Origin: Acidobacteriaceae bacterium
Lineage (GTDB): Bacteria > Acidobacteriota > Terriglobia > Terriglobales > Acidobacteriaceae
DNA: 64,000 nt
NCBI GenBank assembly: GCA_025360645.1
Contig: JANYBT010000042.1
Span: 516-64,515, forward strand
Direction of reading: 5' to 3'
A model generated the notes under the pieces. That model saw only the letters and a program-made list of their open reading frames with translations. It was not told the DNA's origin and did no database searches. The number at the start of each line of letters is the position of its first letter. Within the stretch, counting starts at the first letter, position 1. The translations under genes were made by a program, and so were the position numbers. Positions 53,791-62,494 of this stretch are shown one piece after another.

Positions 53791-54744
53791 TTACTTGGAC
53801 GGCGCGGCGGGCGGGGATGACGGCGCAGCCTCGGCCTTATGCACCGGCGGCGTAATGCCAGCGTCCAGCAATGCGCGATCCAACACCGCGCGTACCTCAG
53901 CCGGCGGCAAAGCCCCATCAATTTTCATTCCGTTCACGTACATCGTCGGCGTTGCGCTCAGCCCCAGCAGTTCGCCCTCGTTCATGGAGGCACGAACCAT
54001 CTTGTCATCCTGCGCCTTGACGCACGCCTGCAGCTTTGAAGCGTCGAGCGAGTGCTTCTGCCCCTGTTCCAACGCCAGTTTGTCGAGCGAAGCGAATTGC
54101 GCGTCGGTGCCCTTCTGCGAACCCACCTCCCGCTGATTGGCGTGCAGGTAGTCCACGTAGTCCCAGTAGGCATCGTTGTTTTGCGCCTCCAGGCAGTTGG
54201 AATCAATGGCCGCGTGAATCGCCCACGGGTGAATGTCCACTAGCGGAAAATCTTTGTAAATGAACAGCACCTTGTCGCCATATTCTTTCAAAATGCCGGG
54301 GAAAAGCGTCTCGTGCATGCGGGAGCAGAACGGGCACTCCAAATCGTCGTAATTGACCGCCACGACTTTTGCATCTTTGTTGCCGCGGGTAGGCCGATTG
54401 GAGACGTCGATCTTCTTGAGCATGTCTTTGAGCGGATCCGACGTCAGATCCATCTTGATCATCCGCACCAGCGTCTTCCCATCTTTGGCCAACAGGAATT
54501 CAAACTCCTGCTTCTTGCCATTGTCGAAGGTGATGGTGACCGCGTCGAAGCCGGGAAAATCGCTGCTGTGGAGCGGGCCCACCAGGACTTTTACCTCGGG
54601 GGGGATGCTGTAGTTATTGCGCACCTTGCTCTCAATGCGGCGAACCACATCGGGAGGGGCCGATTGCGCCGCGCAGCCCAGGCAAATCAGCACAAGCAGG
54701 AACCAACACCGCCGGAAAAACTTCACTAGAAACCGCCTTAACAT
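53791..54744 (-). CDS. DsbA-family thiol:disulfide oxidoreductase (thioredoxin fold)
   Basis: Signal peptide, then VAVNYDDLECPFCSRMHETL (CPFC active site) and YKDFPL, typical of the DsbA-like Thioredoxin_4 family. Confidence 0.75.
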   Translation of the reverse strand: MLRRFLVKFFRRCWFLLVLICLGCAAQSAPPDVVRRIESKVRNNYSIPPEVKVLVGPLHSSDFPGFDAVTITFDNGKKQEFEFLLAKDGKTLVRMIKMDLTSDPLKDMLKKIDVSNRPTRGNKDAKVVAVNYDDLECPFCSRMHETLFPGILKEYGDKVLFIYKDFPLVDIHPWAIHAAIDSNCLEAQNNDAYWDYVDYLHANQREVGSQKGTDAQFASLDKLALEQGQKHSLDASKLQACVKAQDDKMVRASMNEGELLGLSATPTMYVNGMKIDGALPPAEVRAVLDRALLDAGITPPVHKAEAAPSSPPAAPSK

Positions 54745-54887
54745 GGTGGGATAAGAAAATTATCTCATATGCCCGGATGCTCATATGCCCGGGTGTTCTA
54801 CAGTATGATGCTGGCAGCCCAGGAGGGGGATGGTCTGCATGCGGCCAAACCTCGCATCCCTCGAGAGCGCCGCTCATGCTAGCTCCC

Positions 54888-55790
54888 TCACGCCTGCCGG
54901 GGTCGCACCTGCCCGCTCGTCGGTCCCGCCGGTGATTGTGAGATTTGTAACTCCTCCAGCCGCAGCAACTGGTTCATCGAGCCGGAGCGGAAGCCCTCCA
55001 GGTCGAGGGTCACGAACTTGAATCCCAGTTGCTTGAAGACGCGGACCAGTTGAGCGGCCATCTCCGGCGACAAGGCGCGCGGCAGTTCGTCCGGCGCGAT
55101 TTCGATCCGCACCATTTCGCCATGATGCCGGGCGCGGAACTGGCGAAACCCCAGCGCCCGCAAGCCTGCTTCCCCTTGCTCGATTACCGCCAGAGTTTCG
55201 CGGGTTACTTCCCGGCCATATTCCATACGCGACGAAAGACATGCCGACGCCGGTTTGTCCCACACCCGTAATCCGGCGGCGCGAGCCAGTGCGCGAACCT
55301 CGTTCTTGGTCAGGCCCGCGTCCAGCAAAGGAGCGGCTACGTGGTGATCTCGCGCCGCCTGCTGCCCGGGACGGAAGTCTCCCTGATCGTCCAGGTTTAC
55401 GCCATACGCAATCGAATCAAACCCGCGCGACTGCCGGAACTCCTCCATCACTTGAAACAACTCGTCTTTGCAGTGGAAACAGCGTTGCGAATCGTTGCGT
55501 GCGTAGTCCGGGTTGTCCAGTTCGTCAGTCTCAATCACTTCCAGCGGAATCCCCTGCTCCTGCGCGAAGGCGACCGCGTCTTCAAACTGGGCCCGCGCCA
55601 GGCTGGGGGAGTCGGCGATCAGCGCGAGCATTCCCTGTCCCAGCGTTCGGTGCGCGGCCCACGCCAACAGCGCTGAATCTACGCCTCCGGAATAAGCCAC
55701 CAGAGTGCGGCCCAAAGCGCGCAGCCGCCCCTCCAGCCGCTCCTGCTTTGCGTCCAATTCTGCCGTCATTTCGATTCCATCCGCCATCAT
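54888..55790 (-). CDS. larE: PP-loop ATP-pyrophosphatase, LarE-type sacrificial sulfur transferase family (TIGR00268-like)
   Basis: PP-loop VAYSGGVDSALLAWAA. The conserved ASACLSSRMEYG segment contains the Cys equivalent to the sacrificial Cys of LarE. Confidence 0.7.
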   Translation of the reverse strand: MMADGIEMTAELDAKQERLEGRLRALGRTLVAYSGGVDSALLAWAAHRTLGQGMLALIADSPSLARAQFEDAVAFAQEQGIPLEVIETDELDNPDYARNDSQRCFHCKDELFQVMEEFRQSRGFDSIAYGVNLDDQGDFRPGQQAARDHHVAAPLLDAGLTKNEVRALARAAGLRVWDKPASACLSSRMEYGREVTRETLAVIEQGEAGLRALGFRQFRARHHGEMVRIEIAPDELPRALSPEMAAQLVRVFKQLGFKFVTLDLEGFRSGSMNQLLRLEELQISQSPAGPTSGQVRPRQA

Positions 55791-55802
55791 GTTCTTCCGC
55801 GG

Positions 55803-58277
55803 TTAGTACAGCCGCTCCTGCCGCCGCAGGTTTCCAAACGATCCTACATTGGCCAGCGTAAACGCAAAACGGTACTGGTTTTCATTGCGCACCGACCCCA
55901 GCGCAAAGCGCCGATATTCCACGCTGAATCCGCAGCAATCCCAATTGTAGGAGGTTTGCACCGATGCATATTGCAGAAAGCCCTCCGCAACGTCGAAGCC
56001 AAAACTGCTGGCCCCGCTAAACCCACGCCGGTTAGGCTCTCCGTAACCGAATAAAAATCGAAACTGGTGAAATTGTTGCACCGTGATCGTGGGCGGGATG
56101 CTCACAAAGCTTTCGCCCGCCAGCTTCAGAAATGTATCGCCCCCCCCGAACGTGAAAGGACCGGCGCGGAAGTTCGCCAGCACCGTGCTGGCGTCGATGC
56201 GCCCGTTCTTCAAGTCATAGTCCAATTCCCACTCGGCGTTGGTCCGCGAGTTCACGTCAAAGCGCAGTTTGGAAACCAGCGGCGACAAGTGCCGCGGGCT
56301 GGTGAGGAACGCGATGCCCGTGAAATCAGCCGTCGTGGTAAAGACATTGCGTTGCCCGGAGATCAACGCACCGCCAAAAGTCGGATCCAGAAAATACTTC
56401 TGGCTCAATTCCCAGGTCAGCACCTGGCGAGTCCGCTGCTCCACGCCGCACGGTTCGTTTTCCGCCACCAGACCTCGCTCCCAGGGAACCGGGCTGGTGC
56501 GGGCCGGCCTGCCGATGGTCAGCGATTGAATGCCTTGCACTCCGCAGTCTTCCGGTTTGGAGCGGACCTGTTTGCCATACAGCCGTTGCACTATTCCGTA
56601 CTCCACCTCGTTGGTATTGCTCAGGATGTCGCGGTCATCGAAACGCAGCAACTCCCGGAAATTATCCACTCCGGTGGCAAACCGGTACACCACGCGCGGT
56701 TCGATCACGTGTTTCCACTTTCGTCCCAGCACCTCGTGGTCAAAAACTTTGGCCAGCGCCGGCGGCCGCATCTCCACGCTGGTCGAGAGGGAGCGGCGAT
56801 TGATGCCCTGGTCGCTGGCGGTGCCAATGCCCGTGGTGGTGGCTGGGGCGGGAACGAAACTCTGCGTGTAATAGGTGTCGCGCAGACCCATTTCCGACCG
56901 CAGGCTCCAGCCCCGCCAGTGCAGCGGAAGCGAAAACATCGGACTGATGTCGAAGCGCCCCAGCAAGTTGGCGGTGCGGAAACCCGGTTCGCTGCGCGAG
57001 AGTCCCTCCCCCGCGCCATTGAACGACCAGAACAGCGGAGTGTGCCCGATCTCGCGTTCCACGCTGGAGACATCGATGCTGGGAGCGTGCAGAATAGTCA
57101 CGACGTCGCCCTTCTGCGTGCTCTCGAAGTTCTGGTAGCGCTCCACCGCCGCATTGTAGGAGAACCCGTTGGTCGTCTTCGATAGAAACGCCCACGACTT
57201 GACTTCCGAGTTGACCGCCTGGCTGAACACTTCGTTGAAGGCCAGGCGGAAGACGAACGAGCTCAGATAATCAATGTCGGCCACGCCCCGGAATCCGCCC
57301 CAGAAACGCGACTCCGCGTTCAGCCGTACATTCTCACCGCCTTGCTTGGCGGGCGGTGAGCCGATCCCGCGGTCCACCACGCCAAAGTAATTCAGGTCGA
57401 GAAACGAAGTGTCACTGGGGCGCGCTCGAAATTCGCCCCGCTGCGACGATCCCCGCAGCGAGTAGTATTCGCCCCCCACCGTCGCATCCATACTGCGATT
57501 GATGGCCCAATATGCCGAATCGCCCACGATGAACCCTTTGCGCGACGATTGGCCAACACTCGGAATCAAGAATCCCGACTGGCGAGCCTGCTTCTCCACC
57601 GGATGCGTCACAAACGGAAAATAGAACACCGGGATCCCGTGCAGTTTGAAAGTGCTGCGGTAAATCTTCGCGTTGGCTCCAAGCTCCACTACCACTCTGC
57701 GCGCCTCGAATTCCCACTTCGGATGCGGCAGTTCACAGGTCGTGACCGTGCCATCGCTGACCACGTAACGCTCCGGCCCGGTCTTCTCGACCACCTTGCC
57801 GGTAAATGCGATTGGACTCGACGAGGTCAGAACATAGCGCGTGCGTATCAGTTTCAGGCCGATAGTTCCGGTCACGTTGTAGAAGCGGCCGGTTTCCATG
57901 CGGATGTTGTAACTGCCCCGGCTGGCCTCAATGTGCTCGTCTGACGGCCCTCCCTCCAGCAACATGTGGCCCTCGGCCGTGGCTTCGTTGGTTTGTTGAT
58001 CAAAGCTGATTTCGTCCGCTTGCAGCACATAAGTGCGGAAGAAAATCTTGGCGTCGCCGTGGAGCTTGTAGAGGTTTCCGACCTTCTCCTGGGTGATGGC
58101 CTCCACCCGCGCCTCTTCGCCGTTCGCCGGGGCGGAACTCACGCTCGGGAAATGACTTGGCGAATCCTGGGCGCTCCGGTTTGGGGCAGACAGCAACTGG
58201 CTGGTTAATAGCTGAGGCGCCAGAATGTAATGACAAAGCCACGCGGCCGTGATAATCATTCGTATGCGGAAGCTCAT
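55803..58277 (-). CDS. lptD: LPS-assembly outer-membrane protein LptD (OstA/Imp)
   Basis: OstA-like N-terminal domain (LYKLHGDAKIFFRTYVLQADEISFDQQTNEATAEGHMLLEGG), a large beta-barrel region and a C-terminal aromatic end (RRQERLY). Start at MSFRIRMIITAAWL (58277) or MSRPNT (58307). Confidence 0.8.
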   Translation of the reverse strand: MSFRIRMIITAAWLCHYILAPQLLTSQLLSAPNRSAQDSPSHFPSVSSAPANGEEARVEAITQEKVGNLYKLHGDAKIFFRTYVLQADEISFDQQTNEATAEGHMLLEGGPSDEHIEASRGSYNIRMETGRFYNVTGTIGLKLIRTRYVLTSSSPIAFTGKVVEKTGPERYVVSDGTVTTCELPHPKWEFEARRVVVELGANAKIYRSTFKLHGIPVFYFPFVTHPVEKQARQSGFLIPSVGQSSRKGFIVGDSAYWAINRSMDATVGGEYYSLRGSSQRGEFRARPSDTSFLDLNYFGVVDRGIGSPPAKQGGENVRLNAESRFWGGFRGVADIDYLSSFVFRLAFNEVFSQAVNSEVKSWAFLSKTTNGFSYNAAVERYQNFESTQKGDVVTILHAPSIDVSSVEREIGHTPLFWSFNGAGEGLSRSEPGFRTANLLGRFDISPMFSLPLHWRGWSLRSEMGLRDTYYTQSFVPAPATTTGIGTASDQGINRRSLSTSVEMRPPALAKVFDHEVLGRKWKHVIEPRVVYRFATGVDNFRELLRFDDRDILSNTNEVEYGIVQRLYGKQVRSKPEDCGVQGIQSLTIGRPARTSPVPWERGLVAENEPCGVEQRTRQVLTWELSQKYFLDPTFGGALISGQRNVFTTTADFTGIAFLTSPRHLSPLVSKLRFDVNSRTNAEWELDYDLKNGRIDASTVLANFRAGPFTFGGGDTFLKLAGESFVSIPPTITVQQFHQFRFLFGYGEPNRRGFSGASSFGFDVAEGFLQYASVQTSYNWDCCGFSVEYRRFALGSVRNENQYRFAFTLANVGSFGNLRRQERLY

Positions 58278-58409
58278 CGGAAGCGAGCGCGTGTTGGGCC
58301 GGCTCATGCTGACGTTAGCATGGGGTTGGGCGGCGAAGCAAAGCCTGGCGCGTCGCGCTCTGTCCCGGCCTCCGTGGATCATGCTCTGGCCTTCTGCGGA
58401 GACCGCATA

Positions 58410-59645
58410 ATGGACTGTCCTCGGTCTGGCGACCCGTGCCGCTGCTCTCGCTCCTGGAGTGGGAGTGCGAATGCCGGTGCGCAATTTGAAAGCGGCCGCG
58501 TCTTTGCCGACCCGGCCGACCTGGAAGAGTTCGATGCCAGCGAGCAGCAGTTTGCCGCGAGCCTGGAAAATTTTGCAACTACGAGCGTCAGCACGCCCAA
58601 GAGGTTCACGCCCAAGGAGTTCAAGGTGGAGCGCACTATGGAGCCGGCAATAGATTCATCCCCAGATTCGAGTTCACCGCGCCTGCCGCAAGCTCCGCTG
58701 CTCCCTACGGAGACCAGCGATGTGAGCGAGCTCGGCAGCGCCTCTGCTGCTGGAGGCGAATTGGCTTCTGGGTCGGAAAGCGCCTCCCCTGATAAATGGC
58801 GCGAGGAAGTGGCGGCGAGGATCCATCGCTATCGCGCTCGCGGCAAAGCCCGGCCGCCCCGATATCCGTCGCTGATGCTGAATTTCGACCCGCCCGAACC
58901 CCCGCGGTCGAGCTCATCCGCCGCCGAAGTCCGCCCAGCCGTCACGGCGTCCGCGGCCGTTTCTCCCCGCATTGCGGTCGTTTCAGAACCAGTCGCGTCC
59001 CTTGGACCAAGCCTCGCCGTGGCTACAAACCCCCAAGCCGAACCCATTCGCAAGATTCTGGAATTTCCTCGTCCCGTGGCTCCTCCCAAGGATGAGCTTG
59101 CCGAACCTGTGCAGTCGCGACCTCGCATCATGGAAGCCCAGGAAGCAGTTCCGCCGCCTCCCGCGCTCGGCGGCATTGTGATGGAAGAGCGGGAGCCGGC
59201 AGAGACCACCCCGGCGCAACTGACCTTTGAGGTTCCGGTTCGGGTGGCGTCTACCTGGCGTCGCGCACTGGCTGCGGCACTGGACTTCTTCCTGGTGGGC
59301 GCGGCGTTTACCATTTTCGCTGCCATCGCTTTTCGTTTCACCGGCGCCATTTTGCCCCGTCCGCAACTGATCGCAGCCGCCGCGGCGGTGCTCGCTGGGC
59401 TGTGGTCGTGCTACCAGTATCTGCTGGTGGTCTCGACTGGTAATACCCCGGGACTGCGGATGATGAAGCTTCGCTTGTTGCACATCAATGGCGCTCCCTT
59501 GTCACGCCAGATGCGCCGTTGTCGGGTGCTGGCGTCCCTCCTCTCGGCCGCATCGCTCGGCCTCGGCTACCTCTGGTGCTTCCTCGACGAAGACCGTCTC
59601 TGCTGGCACGACCGCATCACCCATTCCTATTTGACCCGCCGCTAA
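58410..59645 (+). CDS. RDD-family membrane protein with long Pro/Ser/Ala-rich N-terminal region
   Basis: C-terminal RDD domain (WRRALAAALDFFLVGAAF ... TPGLRMMKLRL ... LCWHDRITHSYL) with 3 TM helices. The start is uncertain: ATG 58410, GTG 58626 or ATG 58638. GC3-rich codons already occur from about 58480. Confidence 0.6.
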   Translation: MDCPRSGDPCRCSRSWSGSANAGAQFESGRVFADPADLEEFDASEQQFAASLENFATTSVSTPKRFTPKEFKVERTMEPAIDSSPDSSSPRLPQAPLLPTETSDVSELGSASAAGGELASGSESASPDKWREEVAARIHRYRARGKARPPRYPSLMLNFDPPEPPRSSSSAAEVRPAVTASAAVSPRIAVVSEPVASLGPSLAVATNPQAEPIRKILEFPRPVAPPKDELAEPVQSRPRIMEAQEAVPPPPALGGIVMEEREPAETTPAQLTFEVPVRVASTWRRALAAALDFFLVGAAFTIFAAIAFRFTGAILPRPQLIAAAAAVLAGLWSCYQYLLVVSTGNTPGLRMMKLRLLHINGAPLSRQMRRCRVLASLLSAASLGLGYLWCFLDEDRLCWHDRITHSYLTRR

Positions 59646-59823
59646 GCATCCTCAGCGCGCAAGCTTGTCATCCTGAAGCGCAGCGAAGGACCCGCTTCCG
59701 CCCGTGCTCATGTGGTCAACCTAACGGTTTACCCTGTGTAACCCTATGTCCCCTGTGGTTCAACCCCTTGCTTCCCGCGCGGCGCGAGCAATACGCGTGC
59801 TCTCCACCCCACGGGGCGAGTGT

Positions 59824-59869
59824 GTCAGTTTGAAATTAACGGATAACGCCTGCGGAATTTCAAACTGAC
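59824..59869. repeat. Perfect 14-bp inverted repeat with 18-nt spacer
   Basis: gtcagtttgaaatt (59824-59837) / aatttcaaactgac (59856-59869), read directly. Lies 100 nt upstream of the permease start. Confidence 0.8.
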
Positions 59870-59968
59870 CCACCACCCCAGCGAACAGACCCATTCGACA
59901 ATTTCCGTGACTGCCCATATGCTATCTCTCTTAAGTTTGTGAAGCCCCAAGCCGGGGTTGAAGGGGAA

Positions 59969-62221
59969 ATGGCCGCACCCACCGAAAGTGTCAAACGTCC
60001 CGCCGTCAATGTCTTCGTCGCGACCACCGTGATGTTGACGTTCATTTCCTTTTGGCGCGCCTCTGCCATTGTGCTTTCCGATCTGGCTTCCTCCGCTTAT
60101 TACGCGGGCGGCGATGCGGAAAAAGTCATCGGCAAGAGCGCCCCCTGGTTCATCCTGGCGGTCATGCTGTTCAGCTACGCCGTGCGCGCGCTTTACATCG
60201 AATCTAGCAGCATGTTTGTGCGCGGCGGTGTGTACCGCGTAGTCAAAGAGGCCATGGGCAGCACTTTGGCCAAGTTTTCCGTCTCCGCGCTGCTGTTTGA
60301 TTACGTCCTCACTGGCCCCATCAGCGCAGTTTCCGCGGGGCAGTACCTGGCCGGCTTCATCGGCGACATCAGTCGCTACATGCATCGCCCGATCTCATTC
60401 AACGAAAACCATTTTTCCGCCGCCTTTGCCGTCCTCATCGTGCTGTATTTCTGGTGGAAGAACACCCAGGGCATCCATGAATCCAGCCAGAAAGCCCTAC
60501 AGATTATGGCAATAACCACCGTCATGGTGGTGATCCTTCTGATCTGGTGCACCATCACCGTCTTCAAGGTGCCGATTCAGTTGCCACCCAACCCTCTGCG
60601 CCCCGGCGTGGTTCCGCTTACCAAAGAGTCTTTGGGCTGGTTGCACGGGACCTGGGTCAGCCATCTGACCTGGATCATCGTCTTCGTCGGCTTCGGACAT
60701 TCGGTGCTGGCCATGAGCGGCGAAGAAACCCTGGCCCAGGTCAATCGCGAGATTGAGCACCCCAAGCTCAAAAACCTGGAAAAAACCGGGCTGGTCATTT
60801 TTGTCTACAGCCTGCTGTTCACCTCGCTGGTTTCGTTCTTCGCGGTGATGATCATCCCCGACAAAGTCCGCCCCGATTATTTCGCGAACTTGATCGGCGG
60901 CATTGCCATGTATCTGGTCGGCCCGGTCTGGGCCAAGATTGCATTCCACGGGTTTGTGGTATTGGTGGGCGTGCTGATTCTGGCCGGTGCCCAAAATACT
61001 TCCATCGTCGGCGCCAACGGCGTATTGAACCGGGTCGCGGAAGATGGCGTGCTCACCTCGTGGTTCCAGAAGCCGCAAACCCGCTACGGCACCACTTACC
61101 GCATTATCAATCTAATCGTCATCATGCAACTGTTCACCATCATCGCCAGTGGCGGCGATGTGTACAAGTTGGCCGGCCTCTACGCCTTCGGAGTGATTTG
61201 GAGCTTCGCCATGAAGTCGCTGGCCGTTCTTGTGCTCCGCTACACTGAGCCGGAGAACCGCCAGTGGAAGGTTCCCGGTAACCTGCACATCGGCAAGACT
61301 GAAATCCCTCTGGGCTTGGCGGTCATTTCCGTCGTGCTGCTGACCACGGCGGTGGTGAACCTGCTCACCAAATCAGAAGCCACCATCGCCGGCGTGACCT
61401 TCAGCCTGGTTTTCTTCGCCATCTTCTCGATTTCTGAGCGCATGGTTGCCAAAGAGCGCCACGGCAAGCCCGAGCAGCTCGACCAATTCCGGGTTTACGG
61501 CAATCAGGAACTGGGTAGTGGCGCGCTGGGAGTCCGTGAGGGGAATATTCTGGTTGCGGTGCGCGACCCTCGCCGCCTGTATTATCTGCAAAGCATTCTG
61601 GGACGCACCGACACCGCCAAGCAGGATGTCGTGGTGATGAGCGCTCGCTTGTTTCATCGTGAGCACACCTTCAGCGGCAGCGCCGTCATGGAGACCAGCG
61701 AAATCTTTGACCACTACGAGCAAGAGTTGTTCACCGCAGTGGTAGCCGTGGCGGAGAAGGAAGGAAAAACGGTTTCGCTGCTGATGGTGCCCGCGAGCGA
61801 TGTATTTGACGCCATCATTGTGACTGCGCAGCGGTTAGGATCGAGCCGGATTATTTGCGGCCTCTCCAATAAACTGACCGCCGACGAGCAGGGCAAGCTC
61901 ACCGGCGATGCCTGGGAGCGGTTGCCCGAGCCGCGGCCCCGCTTGGCCCTGGAAGTCCACTCGGAACAAGGCGAGGTCAGCGAATATTATCTCGGTCCTC
62001 ACACCCCGCGCATGCGTGTCCAGGACCTGGAACTCATGCATAAAGTCTGGCTCGACGTGACCGCCGACTCACGCTTTGCCGGCGCCCACCATTACCACGT
62101 AGTTGCGCTCGCTCTGGAGGAGTTGGAGCGCGAGCTGAAGAGCGACGAACGCGGCGAGGTCCTCGACAAGCTGGAACGCGAGATGCACAAGAAACTGGGT
62201 GAGAGCAGCGACGAGGAGTAG
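59969..62221 (+). CDS. APC-superfamily permease fused to a C-terminal universal-stress-protein-like domain
   Basis: About 12 TM helices over the first 480 aa or so (amino-acid permease pattern, e.g. GPISAVSAGQYLAGF and GEETLAQVNREIEHPK). This is followed by about 250 soluble aa with Usp-like strands (ILVAVRDPRRL ... DVVVMSARL ... LLMVPASDVFDAIIVTAQRLGSSRIICG). Confidence 0.7.
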   Translation: MAAPTESVKRPAVNVFVATTVMLTFISFWRASAIVLSDLASSAYYAGGDAEKVIGKSAPWFILAVMLFSYAVRALYIESSSMFVRGGVYRVVKEAMGSTLAKFSVSALLFDYVLTGPISAVSAGQYLAGFIGDISRYMHRPISFNENHFSAAFAVLIVLYFWWKNTQGIHESSQKALQIMAITTVMVVILLIWCTITVFKVPIQLPPNPLRPGVVPLTKESLGWLHGTWVSHLTWIIVFVGFGHSVLAMSGEETLAQVNREIEHPKLKNLEKTGLVIFVYSLLFTSLVSFFAVMIIPDKVRPDYFANLIGGIAMYLVGPVWAKIAFHGFVVLVGVLILAGAQNTSIVGANGVLNRVAEDGVLTSWFQKPQTRYGTTYRIINLIVIMQLFTIIASGGDVYKLAGLYAFGVIWSFAMKSLAVLVLRYTEPENRQWKVPGNLHIGKTEIPLGLAVISVVLLTTAVVNLLTKSEATIAGVTFSLVFFAIFSISERMVAKERHGKPEQLDQFRVYGNQELGSGALGVREGNILVAVRDPRRLYYLQSILGRTDTAKQDVVVMSARLFHREHTFSGSAVMETSEIFDHYEQELFTAVVAVAEKEGKTVSLLMVPASDVFDAIIVTAQRLGSSRIICGLSNKLTADEQGKLTGDAWERLPEPRPRLALEVHSEQGEVSEYYLGPHTPRMRVQDLELMHKVWLDVTADSRFAGAHHYHVVALALEELERELKSDERGEVLDKLEREMHKKLGESSDEE

Positions 62222-62494
62222 GGCGCGCTGCTCGCCCCTGGTCTTGCGTGGAAGCTGCCAGTACCTTGTTAGTAACCTTGGTAACGGTTACAAAAGGTCA
62301 CACCAATCCTATCCCTTGCTCCTAACCTATTGCCCAACAGGCACTTGCTGGCGAAGAGGGAGATTGTCAAGAAAGTACAATTTCCTTGCTAAGCCTGCCT
62401 TTCTCGCCTACTATCTACTAGTGCGCTATCAGCGCGAGCCAGTGATGCAGCCGCTCCGCATCAAAGCGAAGAGAAGTTTTTCCGGGGAAGTGAA

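Noticed and set aside
56140-56147. C8 (G8 on the coding strand) homopolymer inside lptD as a possible phase-variation tract
   Set aside because: It simply encodes FGGGD in-frame within an essential gene. There is no sign of a frameshifted copy, and a single tract without population data is not evidence of phase variation.
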